A DNA stretch of 64,000 bases, from contig JBHGNT010000015.1 of assembly GCA_043228905.1 (NCBI GenBank), forward strand, positions 19,344,001-19,408,000, read 5' to 3'. The notes beneath the pieces were generated by a model. The model did no database searches. It was not told where the DNA came from and saw only the letters and a program-made list of their open reading frames with translations. The stretch comes from Azolla caroliniana. Its lineage: Eukaryota > Plantae > Polypodiophyta. How positions within the stretch are numbered: the stretch's first letter is position 1; each line of letters starts with the position of its first letter. The translations under genes were made by a program, and so were the position numbers. Below, in pieces: positions 13,801 through 26,500 of the stretch.

Positions 13801-14889
13801 TACCGGAAGTTCGATTCTTTCATGACCGACGAAGGGTACCACAAAACGCAATCCGATCACTGCGTGTTTGTTAAGAAGTTCGAAGGAGGAGACTTTCTAA
13901 TACTCCTCCTGTACGTGGACGACATGTTGATCGTCGGACGGGACCAGGTCAAGATACGGATGCTGAAGAAAGCGCTTCACCGAACCTTCTCAATGAAGGA
14001 CCTGGGTCCGGCGAGGCAAATACTAGGGATGCACATCATCCGGGACCGGAAGAAGAAGCAGTTGTGGCTGTCACAGGAGAAGTACGTGACAAAGGTGCTT
14101 CACCGGTTCAACATGTCGGAAGCAAGACCGGTCGGGTCAACCCTCCCGGCAAACTGCAAGTTGTCCAGCAAGCAAAGCCCCAAGACAAAGGCTGAGAAGG
14201 AGGACATGATGAAAGTACCATATGCCTCTGCCGTCAGAAGCTTGATGTACGCAATGGTGTGTACAAGACCGGACATAGGATATGCAGTCGGAGTGGTGAG
14301 CCGGTACATGAGCAATCCCGGCAAAGAGCACTGGAACGCGGTCAAGTGGATACTCCGATACCTGAAGGGCACGGCAAATGTGTGCCTCCGATTCGGCTCC
14401 GGTAAGCCCGAACTCGACGGCTTTACCGATTCAGATATGTCGGCTGATGCAGATACCAGCCGGTCCACATCAGGGTATGTGATGACGTATGCAGGGGGAG
14501 CTGTTTCGTGGCAGTCGAGGCTGCAGAAGACGGTTGCGTTGTCAACCACGGAGGCGGAGTACATGGCGGCTGTTGAAGCCGGCAAGGAAGTGATATGGAT
14601 GAAGGACTTCATTAGAGAGCTCGGTATCCGGCAGGAGGAGTACCGACTCTACTGCGACAGTCAGAGTGCCATCCATCTTGCGAAGAACGCGGCCTATCAC
14701 TCCCGGACGAAGCACATCCACCCAAGATATCACTGGATCCGGGAAAGGATAGAAGACCAGGAGTTCGTGCTGACGAAGATCCACACGGACGAGAACGGGT
14801 CAGATATGCTGACCAAAGTGCTCACACCCGACAAGCTGGAAGCGTGCCGGAAGAGGGTCGGACTGGAAAGACATCCCATGCCGAAGTGA
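10817..14889 (+). CDS. Copia gag-pol polyprotein in one frame with two in-frame stops (11011 TAA, 11665 TAG)
   Basis: CFHCGKPGHFRKNC knuckle, WVVDSGAS protease, WHKRLCH..CTDC and integrase core, YVDD RT, SDMLTK RNase H. ORFs 10762, 11023 and 11713 share one frame. Confidence 0.92.
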
Positions 14890-15690
14890 AGGGGGAGTTT
14901 GTTGGGATTACGGTCCCTCCGGATGGGATGATCGGATGTCCGGGAATCGGGAGTGAAGACCCCGGCTACGGAGCCGGATGATAAAGACCCGGTTATGGAG
15001 CCGGATGATAAAGACCCAGTTACGGAGCCGGATGATGAAGACCCCGGCTACGGAGCCGGATGACGAATGTACCCGGAGAGAGATCCGGATGCGGGGACAT
15101 ATTTGTGAATATGTTTGCCAAGGGCCCTTGAGGCTATATTTGTAAATAGCCCGAAAGTCATATGTGTATAAATATGACTTAGGGCAAACAGTTTGTTGTT
15201 GCTCATTTTTCTGTTTTTCGCTTAGAGGGAGCGAAGTGAGAGCAGCCGAGAGAGAGAGAGAGAAAGGAAGAGGTCGACGCCTCTGTGTAATACCGCCGCC
15301 TGTGGCGAGGACAGCGAGCTCAAGGTCGTCACCTTGCAGCTCGCCATTGTATATTCCCTGCGTATAGTGATAGTTGGAGTCTTGCACTCCCGTGGTTTTT
15401 CCCGTCTAGGGTTTTCCACGCTAAACCCTGTGCATTCGAGTCTCTCTCTGTGTTTTCAATTTACTACTGCATTGATCCGTGTTTCCTCGGTGAGCTGTGG
15501 CCGAGAGGTGAAGTGATTGGAAAGCGTCAATTTCAAACAAAATGTTTCTACTGCAACAACTATGGCCACATTCGACGTCATTGCCGAAAGTGGCAAAATC
15601 ACCAACAGAAGCAGAACGTCCAATTAGTCGACACTACCTCCCTCTCTGAGCTCCCGGAAAACTAATGCGCGGGGTGCCGCAGGGAGAGCG

Positions 15691-15870
15691 GCCCCCGCAC
15701 GTCCACGCCTCCACATCATCAACTTCTCCCGTTTCTCCCACGATCGAGCCGCCCCCGCACGTCCACACCTCCACGTCATCAACTTCTCTCGTTTATACCA
15801 CGATCGAGACAACCCCGCATGTCCACGCCTCCACGTCATCAACTTCGCCCATTTGTACCACAATCACCCG
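15691..15870 (+). repeat. Three 60-bp tandem repeats between gypsy gag and protease
   Basis: CCCCGCACGTCCACGCCTCCACATCATCAACTTCTCCCGTTT... repeated at an exact 60-nt period. Confidence 0.9.
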
Positions 15871-15879
15871 CCTCCAACA

Positions 15880-18865
15880 CACGACCCAAGAAGTTCTCCT
15901 CGACTCCGGCAGCAATTAAAATCAGCGCAGATTTAGTCACCCAATTACAACTTCCCACGACCCACGCACCGCCCATTAAAATCCTCTTCGGCGACCAACA
16001 ACAGGTGTACCACTCACATATGCAAGTCATGTGCATGCTCACCATCAGTTCCGCCCAGATCCAACATCGTTTCTACATCCTCCCGCGCCAGTTGTTCCCA
16101 ATCACCCTGGGCTGTGATTGGTTCCTCCATAGTCGAGCCTGTCTCGATTTCTCCTCACAACAACTCATCCTCTCCAATCACCTTCCGATCGCGCTCTCAT
16201 TACTCCGCGAGATACCACCACATCAGCAACACACAGTACCTAGTATCACCAACAGAGCACATCCACGACATCCGACGGCTCCTAGCCACCTTTCCCTCGT
16301 TGTCTACACCACCTGCAAAACCTCCCTCGGTCCATTTTCCAATCCACCACACGATTCCTACAGGCAACGCCCGCCCCATCCACGCGTCTCCTCGACGTCG
16401 CTCGCCTCTCAACCACGAGCGCATCGACAACGCCGTCAAAACCATGCTACAACAAGGGATTATCACACCTTCCAAGAGCGAGTGGATCTCAGAGCCACAC
16501 ATGGTAAAGAAAGGGGATGGCTCTTACCGTTTTTGTGTCGACTTCCGACAACTAAACCATGTCACCACCCATGACCGATATCCTCTCCCTCGTATCGACG
16601 ACCTCCTTGACCAGCTCGGCAAATCAAAGTACTTCACCTCCCTCGATCTGGCCTCGGGATATTGGCAGATCCCTATGAATCCTAAAGATGCCCACAAAAC
16701 TGCATTCCGCACTAGGAAAGGCATTTTTCAGTTCACACAGATGCCCTTCAGCCTATCTGATGCTGGGAGCACATTCCAGCGAATGGCTAACGCCATCTTC
16801 GATGATCTCATCACCCGCCGCGTTGTCATCGTCTATCTAGACGATATTCTGATACATACAAGGACTTGGGTGGAACACCTTCAAGTCCTTCGGGAGGTCC
16901 TCACTTGTGTTCAACACTATCGATTGCAGCTGCAATGGAAGAAGTGTCGATGGGGTAGTACGCGCCTCCGCTTCCTCGGGTACGTCATCTCCTCCGACGG
17001 AGTACAGATGGACCCAGAGAAGACGGAAGCAGTCCAAAAATTCCCATGCCCCACCACAGTCAAGCAGCTTCAACGCTTATTCCTCAGCCTGCTCATGTTC
17101 TCTCTCTGCTTCATCCCACGGCTAGCCGACCTGTCAGCCCCACTACGCGCGCTCCTGCAAAAAGGCACACCCTTCCTATGGACCGAAGCCTGCGAATCCA
17201 GCTTCCTACAGCTCAAGCGAACACTCCAAGCCTCTAACCTCCTCATCCACCCTGATTTCACGAAGCCTTTCCATCTGCAGACGGATGCCTCCAATGTCGG
17301 CCTCGGTGCGGTCCTGCTCCAATCCGACGACAATGACCAACTACACCCGATTGCCTACATAAGTCGGTTACTTACCAAAGCCGAACAAAATTACTCGACA
17401 ACCGAAAAAGAGTTGCTCGCCATCGTCTGGGCATTCCATCGTTTCCACCCATACCTACACGGATCAAATACATCAGTCGAAATCGACCATCAGCCATTGC
17501 TCTCCCTCATAAAGAAGGCTCATCCACCCGGCCGCTTACTCCGTTGGGCTTTGGCGCTACAGGATTACACATTCACGTTGCGCTATCACCGTGGTCCCCA
17601 AAACATCATCGCCGATGGATTATCCCGCATATCCTTTTAGGCGAACCAGGTCGCCTCTGACACAATCGATTTCCCCATATCCTCGTCCCAAATAGCCAAC
17701 ATGCAACAACACAACAAAAAAATCCAAGACATCTGCCACCGCCTACGAGCCGAGCCCACATCATCCCTCACCAAGCAATTCATGATCCAGGATAATGTCC
17801 TGCTTTTTTGCCAAGTAGGCAAGAAACCCCGGGTCTACATGCCTAAGCAATTGCGCATGTCTTACCTTCATTTCTTCCACGATCACCCGTTGTCCGGCCA
17901 CTTGGGTTTTCATAAGGTGCTATACAAAATCCGTTGCAAAATCTATTGGTCGGGGCTACGGCACGAGGTCGCCTCCTACATCAAAGCATGCAACTTATGT
18001 CAGGCCATCAAATCACCTCAAGTGGCTCAAGGCCTCTTACATCCGATACAAGTTCAAGATCCATTTGAAATTGTTGGATGGGACATTATGGGCCCCTTTC
18101 CCGAGTCACAAGAAGGGAACAAATTCATCCTCGTCATAATCGAGTACTTGATGCGTTGGGCTGAGATGGCCACTATCCCAGATGCCAAGGCTATGACCAT
18201 CGCCTCCAAACTATTGGAGAAAATCATCTTCCCCCATGGGTGCCCACTCCAAATCTTGTCCGATCGAGGACGCCAGTTCAACAGTGAGCTCCTACGCCTA
18301 GTTTCTACACAATTAGGAATCCAACAATTATTCACGTCACCCCACCATCCGTAGACGAATGGATTGACGGAGCGCCTCAATCGAACCTTAAAACAACAAA
18401 TCTCGGCCTACATCGATCCGCTGCACTCGACTTGGGACCGGATCTTGCCCTTCGTTACGCATGCCTACAACACAACTGTGCAAAGCCTCCACCCACATTA
18501 GCCCATTTCGGGCCCTTTACGGAAGGGACCCTCGCTTACCCCCAGAAGTGGCAGTCCCGCAACCAATCACACGACTCCACTCTAACACAGTGTCTTGGTG
18601 GTCCCACCTACAACAACTCCAGCCCCTCCTCTGCAAAGCCATCACGAGCAACTTGCACCAAGCACAGCTACGCCAAAAACGACAACACAATGCAGGCCGC
18701 GCCAACCATCAATACCACGTCGGCGACAAAGTCCTCGTCTATTTCCCCATCCATCGTCGCAGCCTCAACGAGTCACTCATGCACCGATGGATCGGTCCCT
18801 TTGAAGTTCAAAAGCAAATACGCAACACTACATATCTGCTTCGTCGCGATCCGGCCGCACAATAA
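15880..18865 (+). pseudogene. Gypsy pol (protease, RT, RNase H, integrase) with frameshifts and stops
   Basis: ORFs 16114-17640 (RFCVDFRQLN, YPLPRIDD, VYLDD, QTDAS, EKELLA), 17701-18354 (integrase core) and 18461-18865 (WIGPF). No chromodomain before the PPT. Confidence 0.9.
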
Positions 18866-19779
18866 CTTTTTTTTACAAGGGGGAATTGTGGCGGTCACAT
18901 GGACCACACCCAAATTAGGCCCCTACCAAGCCCCATAATTAGAAGAGCTAATTGGAGCGGGAGAACACCCTCCACGCTAAGAGTAGTCTATAAAATGTAA
19001 CTTAGAACGTAATGGAAAGAGAGCTATTCTTGAGAGCATTTCACAATACCATACAATATTTCTAGAATATACTAGCAAAAATATATGCTAAACTATACAA
19101 TATTAAACCATATTCATGTTCACAAGAGTTTCCATAAGGTCTAACACAACACTATGTACTAGGTGTGTTATAGGTCGGAGGTTTTAATCTAGAATGTCAT
19201 GGTCTAACACAACCACTTTATTTTAGAATCCCAATGTCATGGTCCTTCGGCTTTGGAGGTTCCAAATGAAGGGAGTTGTAAGGAAGGAGTTGGGAGAGAT
19301 GTTGGTATGTCAGATATTGTGGTTGTTATGGATGAAACGAACATAGTGTAGTGCAGATAATAATAGAGGCCCCACTCCAAGGTTTTGGTCCTAAGAATGA
19401 GGGAAATCAATATATGGATATGAAAAATCAAAGTTTAGTGCCAACAAACAAGGAAAAAAACCATTTGGTAGGCCTAGTATCAATGTTGTTATTAATAAAG
19501 ATTGACATTATGCAACAAGCAAGTCGAAGGGGAAATGAATGAATATGCTATATAATAGTTTGCCCACTACTCGTGATACTACTTGGCAAGGTAGTTCTGG
19601 AACAAGGGAGAGTTCTTGAAAAGCTCATTGGCAACGACAATTTAGAGATACAGGATTACCCCTTCAACTTCAATTTGATTAATTGGGACAGGTTGTAAAT
19701 CAATTGAACCCTTGAGGTTTTTGTCATGTAGAAGGACCTAAACAAAAGTTATTTGTGGATGGGCCTCGGGATGTTGTGC

Positions 19780-20040
19780 ATGAAAATTGACAAGCGACCT
19801 TGGAACATGCTTTCGACTAGTTTCATGGGTATTGGATGCTCCAAAGGAGCAAGAGCACCCATAACATTGTTGATTGAATGAGCAAGGTAGTGATGAGCAA
19901 CTCCTCCTCTCACGCCATTGTCTTAACAACAGATCTTATATGAAAACTGACATGTGACTTTAGAATATGCTTTTGACTAGTTTCATGGGTATCAGATGCT
20001 CTGAAGGAGTAAGAGCACCCATACCATTGTTGATTGAATG
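19780..20040. repeat. ~100-bp segment duplicated at a ~160-bp period
   Basis: GACTAGTTTCATGGGTAT..GATGCT..AAGGAG.AAGAGCACCCATA.CATTGTTGATTGAATG at ~19815 and ~19975. Confidence 0.85.
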
Positions 20041-20126
20041 AAAGTGGTCACATGGAATGTGAAAGGGGCATAATGGTCTCCTAACGAGAAAGTATATATG
20101 ATTGGGGGGGGGACTTTGTTGAGTAG

Positions 20127-20474
20127 AGAATGGGATATATATTATTCTCAAGTTGTGCATAATGATCCTCAAGTTATGGGGTGAGTTTGTTCGTTATAGA
20201 AATCACTAATTCTGATTGATTTATGTCCCTAACCAATTATAGAATGGGATGTATATTATCCTCAAGTTGTGCATAATGGTATTTATGGGGTCGGTTTTTC
20301 GGTAATAGAAATCATTGGTTCTAGTCGGATTTTGTCCCTAACCATTTATAGAATGAGATATATATTATCCTCAAGTTGTGCATAGTGATCCTTATGGGGT
20401 CGGCGTTTTGGTTATAGAAATCACTTATTCTAGTTGGATTTATGTCCGTAACCATTTATAGAATGGGATATATA
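20127..20474. repeat. ~110-bp minisatellite, three copies
   Basis: AGAATGGGATATATATTATCCTCAAGTTGTGCAT... recurs at ~20127, 20241 and 20350, with a partial fourth start at 20460. Confidence 0.9.
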
Positions 20475-21103
20475 CACATATACATATACATACATACATA
20501 CATACATATACATACATACATACATACATACATACCCGCATTTTGCATTTTATACTAGATAGTAGATATTACTACTAGTGCTCTCTCCACCAATTAGCTC
20601 CTACCACACATCCTTAGAAAGCAAAAAGCAAAAAGCAAAAAGCAAGAGGAAACAAGAAAGCCTGCTTTTTGTACTAGACAGTACACAGCTGAGCTTTCCT
20701 GCCTCTCACCAATCAGCTCCTGCCACACATGCTTAGAAAGCAAAAAGCAAAAAGCCAAAAGCAAAACGCAAAAAGCATGTCTTCCCTTCTTGTGTGGGCA
20801 TAAGTAAGAAAGCTCTCTTTTCTCTGGTCTGCCATAGCCGTTGTCAGAGCCCGTATCAAAGCTTCGACTAACCAGGCAGGCAGGGATGAGCAACTCCTCC
20901 TCTCAGGCCACTGTCTTAATCGCAGATCTTATACGAAACTCTAACCCCACTCCAAATTCCTGCACAAAACCTAACCATAAGCATAACCATAACCATAACC
21001 CTAGCTCAAGCCCTAAATCTAATACAAACCCTAAACCTCATTAAAACCGTAACCTTAAAATCCTAGCCATAATCTTGATTCCAACCCTAACGTTAACCCT
21101 AAG

Positions 21104-23515
21104 ATGAACCCTAACCCTAACCCTAACCTTACCATTATTCAAAACCCAGGCCCAAGCCCAAACCTAGACTCTGACCCAGACCCTATTTTTTGTCCGAGTT
21201 TGTCAAAGAAGCTCTGCCTGCCTCGATCTCAACCACTGTTTCAATACAACACATCATGTGAGAGCATTCTAGATGTTTTCAATGACCACATCTTGCTCAG
21301 TATCCTACATAAGCTTGATGATCATTTTGATCGTCAATCATGGAGATTATGCTGCAAACACTTTCGTCTCCTTGAAGCTTCATGCAGGACTCGCGTTTCG
21401 CTGCTCCGTGTACATATACTTCCTTCAATGTGGCCTCTTTGTCCGCGTCTACGGCACATCAACCTAACACATTGTACGTTCCTATCAGATGAAAATCTCC
21501 ATTCTGATGTTGCCTTAACCACCCGATCACGTCTCCAATCGATCAAGCTTGTGAAACTTCACACTTTCACGGATTCTGGTCTTCTTTCATTGGCTAAAGA
21601 ATGCTCTTCTTTGGTAGAGGTCGACCTCTCTCAATGTTACCAATTGAGTGATTTGGGTATCATGGCCTTTGCACATATCAAGACCTTGAAAGTGCTCAAG
21701 CTTAATGGTTGTAGGATTGTGACCGATGTTGGGATGGTGGCTTTATCTATTGGCTGTGAGAAATTAGAGGTTTTGCAGCTTAAATTGTGCCGCGGAATCA
21801 CAGACGTAAGCATCATTGGCATGGCATCTCACTCCAGAGAACTTCGAGAACTCGATCTTTCTTATACCAAGGTGACAATTATGTTCCATTTTTTTTTCAA
21901 ATTCCACAAATTATGTTTCTTTTAGTAAATTTCTAGACACATAGCATCTTTATTACCATCCATGTATTTAAAGAGGATCGAGTTTAAGGAAATACTTTGA
22001 TAACCATGAATAGTTTTTCCAGCATTTTCAGTTTGTTGACTTGTTTTTTGGATAACCAAATCCCTTAAAAAAGATGATTCATTAGAGCCAATGCGTTTCG
22101 CAATTCCCAAATAACGTTCACCCTCTTAGACTGAGTCCTGCAAAAAATCTGTTGCAATATATAAAAAATTGTTCAGATCTGTGTATAATTGAATGTCACT
22201 CAATCAAACGTATCCTGTTCAGTCTTTGTTGTGTCACTATTATTGGATTACAGAATTAGTCCTGTTCAGTACACTCGACTGAAACTCTTGTGTTTTGAGA
22301 TAGTGGTGAGTTTTTTATCTGATGTGGTGTTACGAGGCAACTAGAAGATTCATCCATTGAGATGGTTATCCCACTGGGAGAGAAAATATTTCTGGTTTTC
22401 CTTAGTCTCCAAGGCTTAATAAGGTGAATTTGCAGAAAGTTTTAGTGAGATGGGCATAACGCAAATGGTAAGGGTGTGATAAAAGCTGGTCAGACATCAA
22501 AATTAGCATTAAGTTGAAGAAATCAAGAGAAGTTGACCTTAACATGTTGCCCTGGATGAGTTTCAGAAATACAAGGTTTCAATGTTACTTGACAGTAAGG
22601 GGTTTGAAAAGCATACTGTTGATAGAGAGTTTGAAGAATGACACAGAGAACAAAGATTTACATCTCTTCTTTTGCATCAGCAGAGATAAAGGGTACATAT
22701 AAAATGTTGGCCTTATGACTATGTAAAGAAATCAACTATGAGAATGCTAAGTATGGTGCTGTTTTGGGTCCAATTTTAGAAGATAGTTTAGAAGACTTAG
22801 TGCCCTGCTATGAACTCTTGAATCCATTATTTGGCGGTACACTCCCCATAGTAGCTCATCACATGCGCCTCTTCTGAGCATTGACTGGGCTACTCTAGCT
22901 GTAGCAGCTGCATATATACTGTTATAGGTGATAGTTAAAATGGCTTGTGTTGCTATTCATGTGCATCATGCTGTATGGTTGTAGATTTATTGTGGGTGGC
23001 CATCTTGGTCAACATCTTGGTTTCTTGTATCTAATTTTTGGAGTAAAAATTTACTTGGGTGCAGTAATGTAATTTCAAGTTCCTAGGCTTTGCATGTGGT
23101 AGGGAGCTTTTCTTTGTATTCATCCTTGTGACCTTAGAGGCAACCATGAAAGATTTACACCTAATGTGCATGTGTTTGCTCATGAGAGACACAGTAGTGA
23201 TTATATGTTGTGTATATTTTGTCTCTTGGAAAAGTAGTTACTTGATGTATATTATATGTTTCTGCAGATTACAAATACAGGTATATCTGCAATAGCAAAG
23301 CTCAATCTTCTTGAGAAACTGAGCTTGATGGGATGCAACCACGTCGATGATGATGGTTTAGCTAATCTCAGGAATGGGTGCAAATCATTGCAGGTATTTA
23401 AAAATTCAGTAGTATTTATACACATGCTCTACGTATGCCTCGCTTAATCTCTCTATATGTGTGTGTGTTTCATCGCATGTATGTTAAAATGTGTGCTATG
23501 TACACAACTTTTATT

Positions 23516-23571
<56 letters not shown>

Positions 23572-26500
23572 TATATAGTTATTGTTTGAGGCTGCGATAG
23601 TTATCTTTGGATTTGCTATATTAGATGTTGTTGAGATTCACTCACTAAAGGTATTTTTCTGAATAATTGCATGTAATGTTTTTGCAATTTGCCATTTGCA
23701 TTTAAAGGCTTAATCTTGATCTATTTTAGGTGATCCCATAACCAAATGTATGTTCTGTGAACAGTTCCTGTGCTCACTTTGTTTTTTTCAGGGAGAACTC
23801 ATGCTCCCAAATTTTTGTTTGCTCCTTGCAGATGCTGGATGTATCGAGGTGCAATGGTGTTAGCCATGCTGGGATTATGGGCCTAGCACGTGGGGTCTTC
23901 TCGTTGCAGCACATAGTGCTTTCTTACTGTGTCTTGGTATTGTACATGTGTGTAAAATTGTTCACATATGCTTGAATGACATAATGTCAGTGACCGAGGT
24001 TGCTAATCAAGCTCACTGTGTGCAGGTGACAGATGAAGTCTTGCAGAAGTTAAAAAGATTTTCTAATTTGCAATCCATTCGGCTTGATGGGTGTGATTTG
24101 AATGGTTTTGAATTGGGGCTCATTGGGAAATTCTTCAAGAATTTGAAAGAGTTGAGCTTAAGCAAATGCAAGGGAGTTACAGATGTGGGCCTTTCAGCAA
24201 CTGTGGTGGGTTGCAATCGTCTAAGTAGCATCGATCTGACATGTTGTCAGGAAGTTACTGATGTAGGATTGTCCTTCATTGCAAACTTTTGCAAGGATCT
24301 GATTACACTAAAGATGGAGTCTTGTTCCCAAGTAACCGAACTAGGGTTCTCTAAACTGAGTTCTTGCCAGTATCTGGAGGTGTTGGATTTGACAGAGACG
24401 AATCTTAATGATGAAGGTAAATTCTGTTGTCAATATATAAGCATGAGTTTCTCAGCTTAATGCTGCATTTATGTTATGTGATTCCAATTGTTGTTTTCGC
24501 TCCTTGCCTTCTGTAAGGCAATCCTGTTGTTTTCAGCCTGTTGTAAGTCATTTTGTTTTGTTGGAGAAAAGTCAAAATATGGATGCATTTTTACTGTCAC
24601 GTTGTTGATAAATTGTAGATTTGTGCATGTCAAGATAGGATCGAGAGATGAAAAGGGAAGATCGTAAGCTCAAAGCTAAGTAAATACAGATAAAAATATT
24701 GATTAGAAGAGACTAAATAACCATTAAAAAGGAATCAGATACATAGATGAAGATTAAATATTCATTAGACATACGTTAAGTAGAAACCCTTGATTAGCTT
24801 GACAATTGATGATTACAATAAGAGGTGGCTTTGTAGCTTAGATTACTCAGTCGAAGAACCTAATCTCTCTCAAAGAAACTCTAATAGACTAACCTGTTTC
24901 TTTTTATCCATGTCTCTTTGGTTGACTTTCACTCCCTTCATTTACCTAATTTATGCTGAACTTCGAGCATATATGATTTGAGCACATATATACTTTTAGA
25001 GTGCATATGGTTCATTGAACACATTGGATTTCCTAGAGCATGCACAGGAAAAGAACAGCACATGGGTGGTAGAAAGAAAGAAAGATATATTAACGTCATT
25101 TAAGAGGCCAAAATGGCCTATAAGACCAAATAAGAGATTACATCTTGAGTGTTGTCTCGTCTTTGAGAACAAATCAAAATAAAATAAATACTACACAGTA
25201 AATATAAGAGTAAATAAGATGAAAAGAGAAGAAATGAGGGAATCTGGTTTTTGGCACATGTGAGATTCTCAAGTTAGGTATATTATAGCTTTTGTCTTTT
25301 TAAGATCTCTAGCATAGGTCAATCCAGAATTGAAATGTCTCCGAAGCGAGGGAAGCACCTACGATGGCGGGAGATAATAGCTTTTATTTGTCAATGACAA
25401 TGGCGTCGAGGTCATGGTCCATGGGGGCGGGGCCTACGTGCACGACAAATTGCTATTGCCCGATCAATTGTAACCCCTTTGTTATGTCCTGGTTTGGAGC
25501 CCATTTGTGTATCCCGTGTTGGACTTATAGGAGGAGTGATGGGGCTAAAGAAAGTTGTGATTGTTTTTTGTGGATGAGCTTGTGTGGCTGTATTCTTCAA
25601 CAACTTTTCCCAATGTCTCTTGAGCTCTAGCAAGAAAAGACCTAGGCATCATTGGTCCTCATATTCCATTACCTTGCTTAGTGGGCCAAAGCCTTGTTTA
25701 AAGAGGCAATGTTATCTCCCTCTGATTTCATAAAAGACACTACAATGACAAACATAGTGTTCTTCAGATTCCACTCCTTGATGACACAATTGGCAAATTC
25801 TCTCTTCTAGAGGTAGTCGTGTATATCTGTCTACCTCAATCTGTAGCTGATGTGATGAAGTTCTTAGCTGCCCTATCACACTACGCAGCGCATAGGATAG
25901 ATGTATGTCCATATAAGGTGGCTTGATGATGAATCCATCCTCCGATGTATGTAAGAAGCGCATATTATAGTGGGTCATCTTTGTACCAAGTGGTATTTTG
26001 GGGCTGATCCATGTTATCTTGTTTTCCAAGTTAATAATATCAGTCCGGATCACTCTATTCTTTTCCGCTTTGGTCATATTTAGGTGGGGACAGTCCAAGC
26101 TATATTGGAACGGCGGTAGTGCATTTATACTCATGCCATGTGACTCGAACCATTGCTGTATTTCAGCATACCAACAATGAGTGTCTCCATTTTTAGCTAG
26201 TTGTTTTGATGACATAAGTGCCAAACTTGGGTACCTTTGTTTAGGTAGCTCCCAAAGACGTTGGATAAATGTCACTGATCGGAACAATGCCTCAGTTATT
26301 ATAGGTGCTGCTCCCATCTCTGCCCAGATTATATCGTGGGGTACCGATGCTTTGCTCCTTATCATGCGAGCAATCATTGACACTAAAGGTCTCTCTAAAT
26401 CTTTTGAATGATTTGCCTTGTTAAGAAGAGTTGGTGTGACAAGTGTATCAAATCACCATAGCTTAGTCCGTGGCTGTTGGAACTACAGATGTGCACATTG

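Larger units (their letters stand above)
10145..15539 (+). mobile_element. Full-length Ty1/copia LTR retrotransposon
   Basis: 640-bp LTRs 10145-10784 and 14900-15539 (TG..CA, about 5 differences by eye); 5-bp TSD AAATG; tRNA-iMet PBS TGGTATCAGAGC at 10788; PPT GAAGGGGGAG at 14888. Confidence 0.98.
9084..19045 (+). mobile_element. Ty3/gypsy LTR retrotransposon, degenerate, interrupted by a copia
   Basis: 159-bp LTRs 9084-9242 and 18887-19045; 4-bp TSD ATAC; PBS TGGTGGAGAAGACGGGCA at 9262; PPT AAGGGGGAA at 18877; order gag-PR(LLDSGS)-RT(YLDD)-RH(TDAS)-IN(HDHP..GH..C..C). Confidence 0.93.
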
